Virus record (IMG/VR): IMGVR_UViG_3300012943_000028 | Coordinates: 64,001-128,000 of that record | Source: a virus | Lineage: Duplodnaviria > Heunggongvirae > Uroviricota > Caudoviricetes | Reading direction: 5' to 3' (one strand) | Length of the DNA: 64,000 bases | Shown: positions 61,569 to 64,000 of the stretch, one piece after another | Numbering within the stretch: the stretch's first letter is position 1 | Layout: each line of letters opens with the position of its first letter | Position numbers and translations under genes: made by a program | Notes under the pieces: model-generated | What the model was told of the DNA's origin: nothing | Seen by the model: the letters and a program-made list of their open reading frames with translations, nothing else | Databases searched by the model: none

Positions 61569-64000
61569 CGATCATCAACACGTACGCCGCAGAATCATGG
61601 GACAAGGTGTATTCTGCCTTCCAGCAGATCAACTTCACCTCCTATGACTACGACACCGTCAAGGAATCCCTGCTTCAGTACCTTCAGATTTACCACCCTG
61701 AAGACTTCAATGACTTCATTGAGTCGTCAGAGCTCGTTGCTCTGCTCGAGTTGTTCGCCTACGCCGCTGAGCTCATGGCCTACCGCACCGACATGGCGGC
61801 CCATGAAAACTTCATCACGACAGCACAGCGCAAGCAGTCAGTCCTCCGCCTCGCAAAGCTGATCTCTTACTCCGCCTCACGCAACATTCCAGCACGCGGC
61901 CTCGTCAAGATCAACACAGTTCGTACCAATGAGACCGTGTTTGACTCTCTCGGCAACAACCTTGCCAACGTCACCATCACCTGGAACGACCCGAACAACA
62001 CCAACTGGAAAGAACAGTTCTTCCTAGTTATGAACCTCGTGCTGACCTCACGTTTTGGTCAGCCATCGAAGTCATTCCAGATTGCTGACGTGCTGATGCA
62101 GCTCTATACGTTCAACAACTCTCAGGACGCCTTCCGCAACGGCGTGTACTCGTTCAACGCAACTGGCACAACTGACACCCTCCCAATGGAGGTCGTTCCA
62201 ATCGACATCGATTCGAACGGTCCGTTCGAACGTGCACCAGACATCAACGCACAGCTCAACATCGTCTATGCTTCTGACGGTCGTGGCGATGGTTCTGACT
62301 ACACCGGCTTCCTCATGTTCATCAAGCAGGGCAACCTCGTTCTGACGAACTACACGATCACTGAGCCAACTGCAAATCGCCGCCTCGTGCTGAACCAGAC
62401 GAACGTCAACGACACTGACGTTTGGGTCTATGGCGTTGACGACCTTGGCACCATCACTGAGAAGTGGGTTGCCGTCGACTCAATTGCCGATCAAACGCTA
62501 GCGTTCAACAACCAGCAGGGTCGCAAGAAGTACGAGGTCGAGACCCTCGAGAACGACCAAATCGCGCTCCTCTTCGGTGACGGCAACTTCAGCGACGTTC
62601 CAGTTGGAAACTTCCAGCTGTGGACGCGTACGTCAACGAACCAGGACATCACGATCCCAAAGAACCGCATCGCCGGCGAGGCAATGTCGTTCAGCTACCA
62701 GAACGCTCAGAACGTTCAGCAGAATTTCAACCTTTCGTTCTCGCTCACGACAGCCCTGCAGAACAACTCTGCCTCTGAGACGATCGAGCACGTTCGTCAG
62801 TCCGCTCCTTCTACCTACTATGCGCAGAACCGCATGGTCAACGGCCAGGACTACAACACGTTCATGCTCAAGGACTCAACGATCCTCAAGCTGAACACGA
62901 TCAACCGTACGTTCGCTGGTCAGCCAAAGTACATCGAGTGGAACGACGCATCAGGCGCCTACCAGAACATCAAGCTCTTCGGCGACGACCTCAACATGAA
63001 GCTCGTCACCACCGTCAACCTTGTGCAGACGACTGCTGGTTCCAAGGGCATCATCGACAGCTTCATTGAGCCAGTGCTCTCATCGAACGCCATCCTCAAC
63101 GTGCTCACGCACATCATGGCAACGTCTGAATCTTCGGCCGGTATCATCAGCTACCCACGCCGCAAGTTCATTGAGGACAACCGCAAGATTTACTACGACG
63201 TCGATGGCAACTTCGTCACGCCATACGGCATCGACACGTCACCAGCTCCAGTGCAGGTGGGTGACGGTAGCCTCCTTGAGAAGACCGCCATGCAGGGTGC
63301 TCTCGACTCTCACTGGTATGGTGAGCCGCTCTCAACTGTCACGATCAACAGCACGCTGCACGGTGTGATCCCTGACCCGATCCTGAACCCAAAGAGCAAC
63401 AGCAAGCTCTACATCGCAGACCTTCCACGCACGATTGACGGTGTCAACACCTACCCACCAGGTGATACCGGCTCTGGCCTTCAGCCAATCCCACGTCAGA
63501 CGTACTTTGGCCTGCAGTTCAACCGCTTCCTCTCGGCATTCGGTAATGGCACCATCACGCTCGCAAACCCAACGATCTCAGGCCCAGCAACTGGTTCTCC
63601 AGCCGTCGCCAATGGTCTTGACTCAACCAAGTTTGTGATCTACAACGACGTTCTCGCGCGCAACCAGACGATCTCAAAGATTGAGACGCTCACTATTGAG
63701 ATGACGTCAGACGGTACCACGTTCACCGTCACTAGCAACCTTCGTGGTCGCCTACCAGATTACAGCCTCACGCTCGCTGTGACCACAGCTAACGGCCGTT
63801 GGTCAGAGCAGACCGACGTTGAGCTTCCAACAGACTTCGCCATCGCAACTGGCTCGACTCCATTTGAGGCCGGCGATGCCTTCGTCGTTGACATTGAGTT
63901 CTTTGATGATGCATTCCCGCTGAACGACCCACCAATCCCAACATCAGACTGGTACGCAATTACCCGTACGTTTGGTGTAGGTAACGTTCCACGCGTTAAC
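61565..64000 (+). CDS. gp6: baseplate wedge protein gp6-like, runs off window (not in ORF track)
   Basis: GTG start; DYDTVK..L..YL....PE.FND..ESSE, ENF..TA....SV..LA..ISY, FGDG.F...P, QNRMV.G.DY. Confidence 0.93.
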   Translation, partial: MTIINTYAAESWDKVYSAFQQINFTSYDYDTVKESLLQYLQIYHPEDFNDFIESSELVALLELFAYAAELMAYRTDMAAHENFITTAQRKQSVLRLAKLISYSASRNIPARGLVKINTVRTNETVFDSLGNNLANVTITWNDPNNTNWKEQFFLVMNLVLTSRFGQPSKSFQIADVLMQLYTFNNSQDAFRNGVYSFNATGTTDTLPMEVVPIDIDSNGPFERAPDINAQLNIVYASDGRGDGSDYTGFLMFIKQGNLVLTNYTITEPTANRRLVLNQTNVNDTDVWVYGVDDLGTITEKWVAVDSIADQTLAFNNQQGRKKYEVETLENDQIALLFGDGNFSDVPVGNFQLWTRTSTNQDITIPKNRIAGEAMSFSYQNAQNVQQNFNLSFSLTTALQNNSASETIEHVRQSAPSTYYAQNRMVNGQDYNTFMLKDSTILKLNTINRTFAGQPKYIEWNDASGAYQNIKLFGDDLNMKLVTTVNLVQTTAGSKGIIDSFIEPVLSSNAILNVLTHIMATSESSAGIISYPRRKFIEDNRKIYYDVDGNFVTPYGIDTSPAPVQVGDGSLLEKTAMQGALDSHWYGEPLSTVTINSTLHGVIPDPILNPKSNSKLYIADLPRTIDGVNTYPPGDTGSGLQPIPRQTYFGLQFNRFLSAFGNGTITLANPTISGPATGSPAVANGLDSTKFVIYNDVLARNQTISKIETLTIEMTSDGTTFTVTSNLRGRLPDYSLTLAVTTANGRWSEQTDVELPTDFAIATGSTPFEAGDAFVVDIEFFDDAFPLNDPPIPTSDWYAITRTFGVGNVPRVN

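Noticed and set aside
1-64000. Stop-codon reassignment, introns or inteins in core genes
   Set aside because: TerL, portal, MCP, sheath, UvsX and gp46/47 are uninterrupted, of normal length and densely packed under the standard code

Overview
A 64 kb slice of a large T4-superfamily (Tevenvirinae-like architecture, divergent, GC-rich) lytic myophage genome using the standard genetic code. It holds the recombination/replication block (uvsW partial, uvsY, uvsX, gp32, gp46/47, Holliday junction resolvase, gp55 late sigma), an accessory early region (SDR, SAM methyltransferase, HD + P-loop kinase, HExxH peptidase, flotillin, PQ-loop-like protein), and nearly the whole virion morphogenesis module (TerL/TerS, 2x gp4, sheath, tube, neck gp13/14/15, MCP, scaffold, protease, portal, tape measure, baseplate gp26/51/48-like/53/27-like/5/25/6 partial). 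Late promoters have the consensus NTAAATA. Main candidate novelty: about 16 genes in the head cluster begin with T4 capsid-targeting-like leaders. Several are apparent polyproteins of 60-100 aa modules separated by prohead-protease-type [LIV]xE|[AGS] sites, and one module also exists as a stand-alone early gene, suggesting a protease-released virion cargo system. Other candidates are a catalytically dead prohead-protease paralog, a stand-alone ~220 nt ncRNA built around a non-canonical tRNA cloverleaf, and a coupled NDT-like/MazG-like/class II aaRS-like/PolA-like operon. All family assignments come from reading motifs by eye; no database searches were run.
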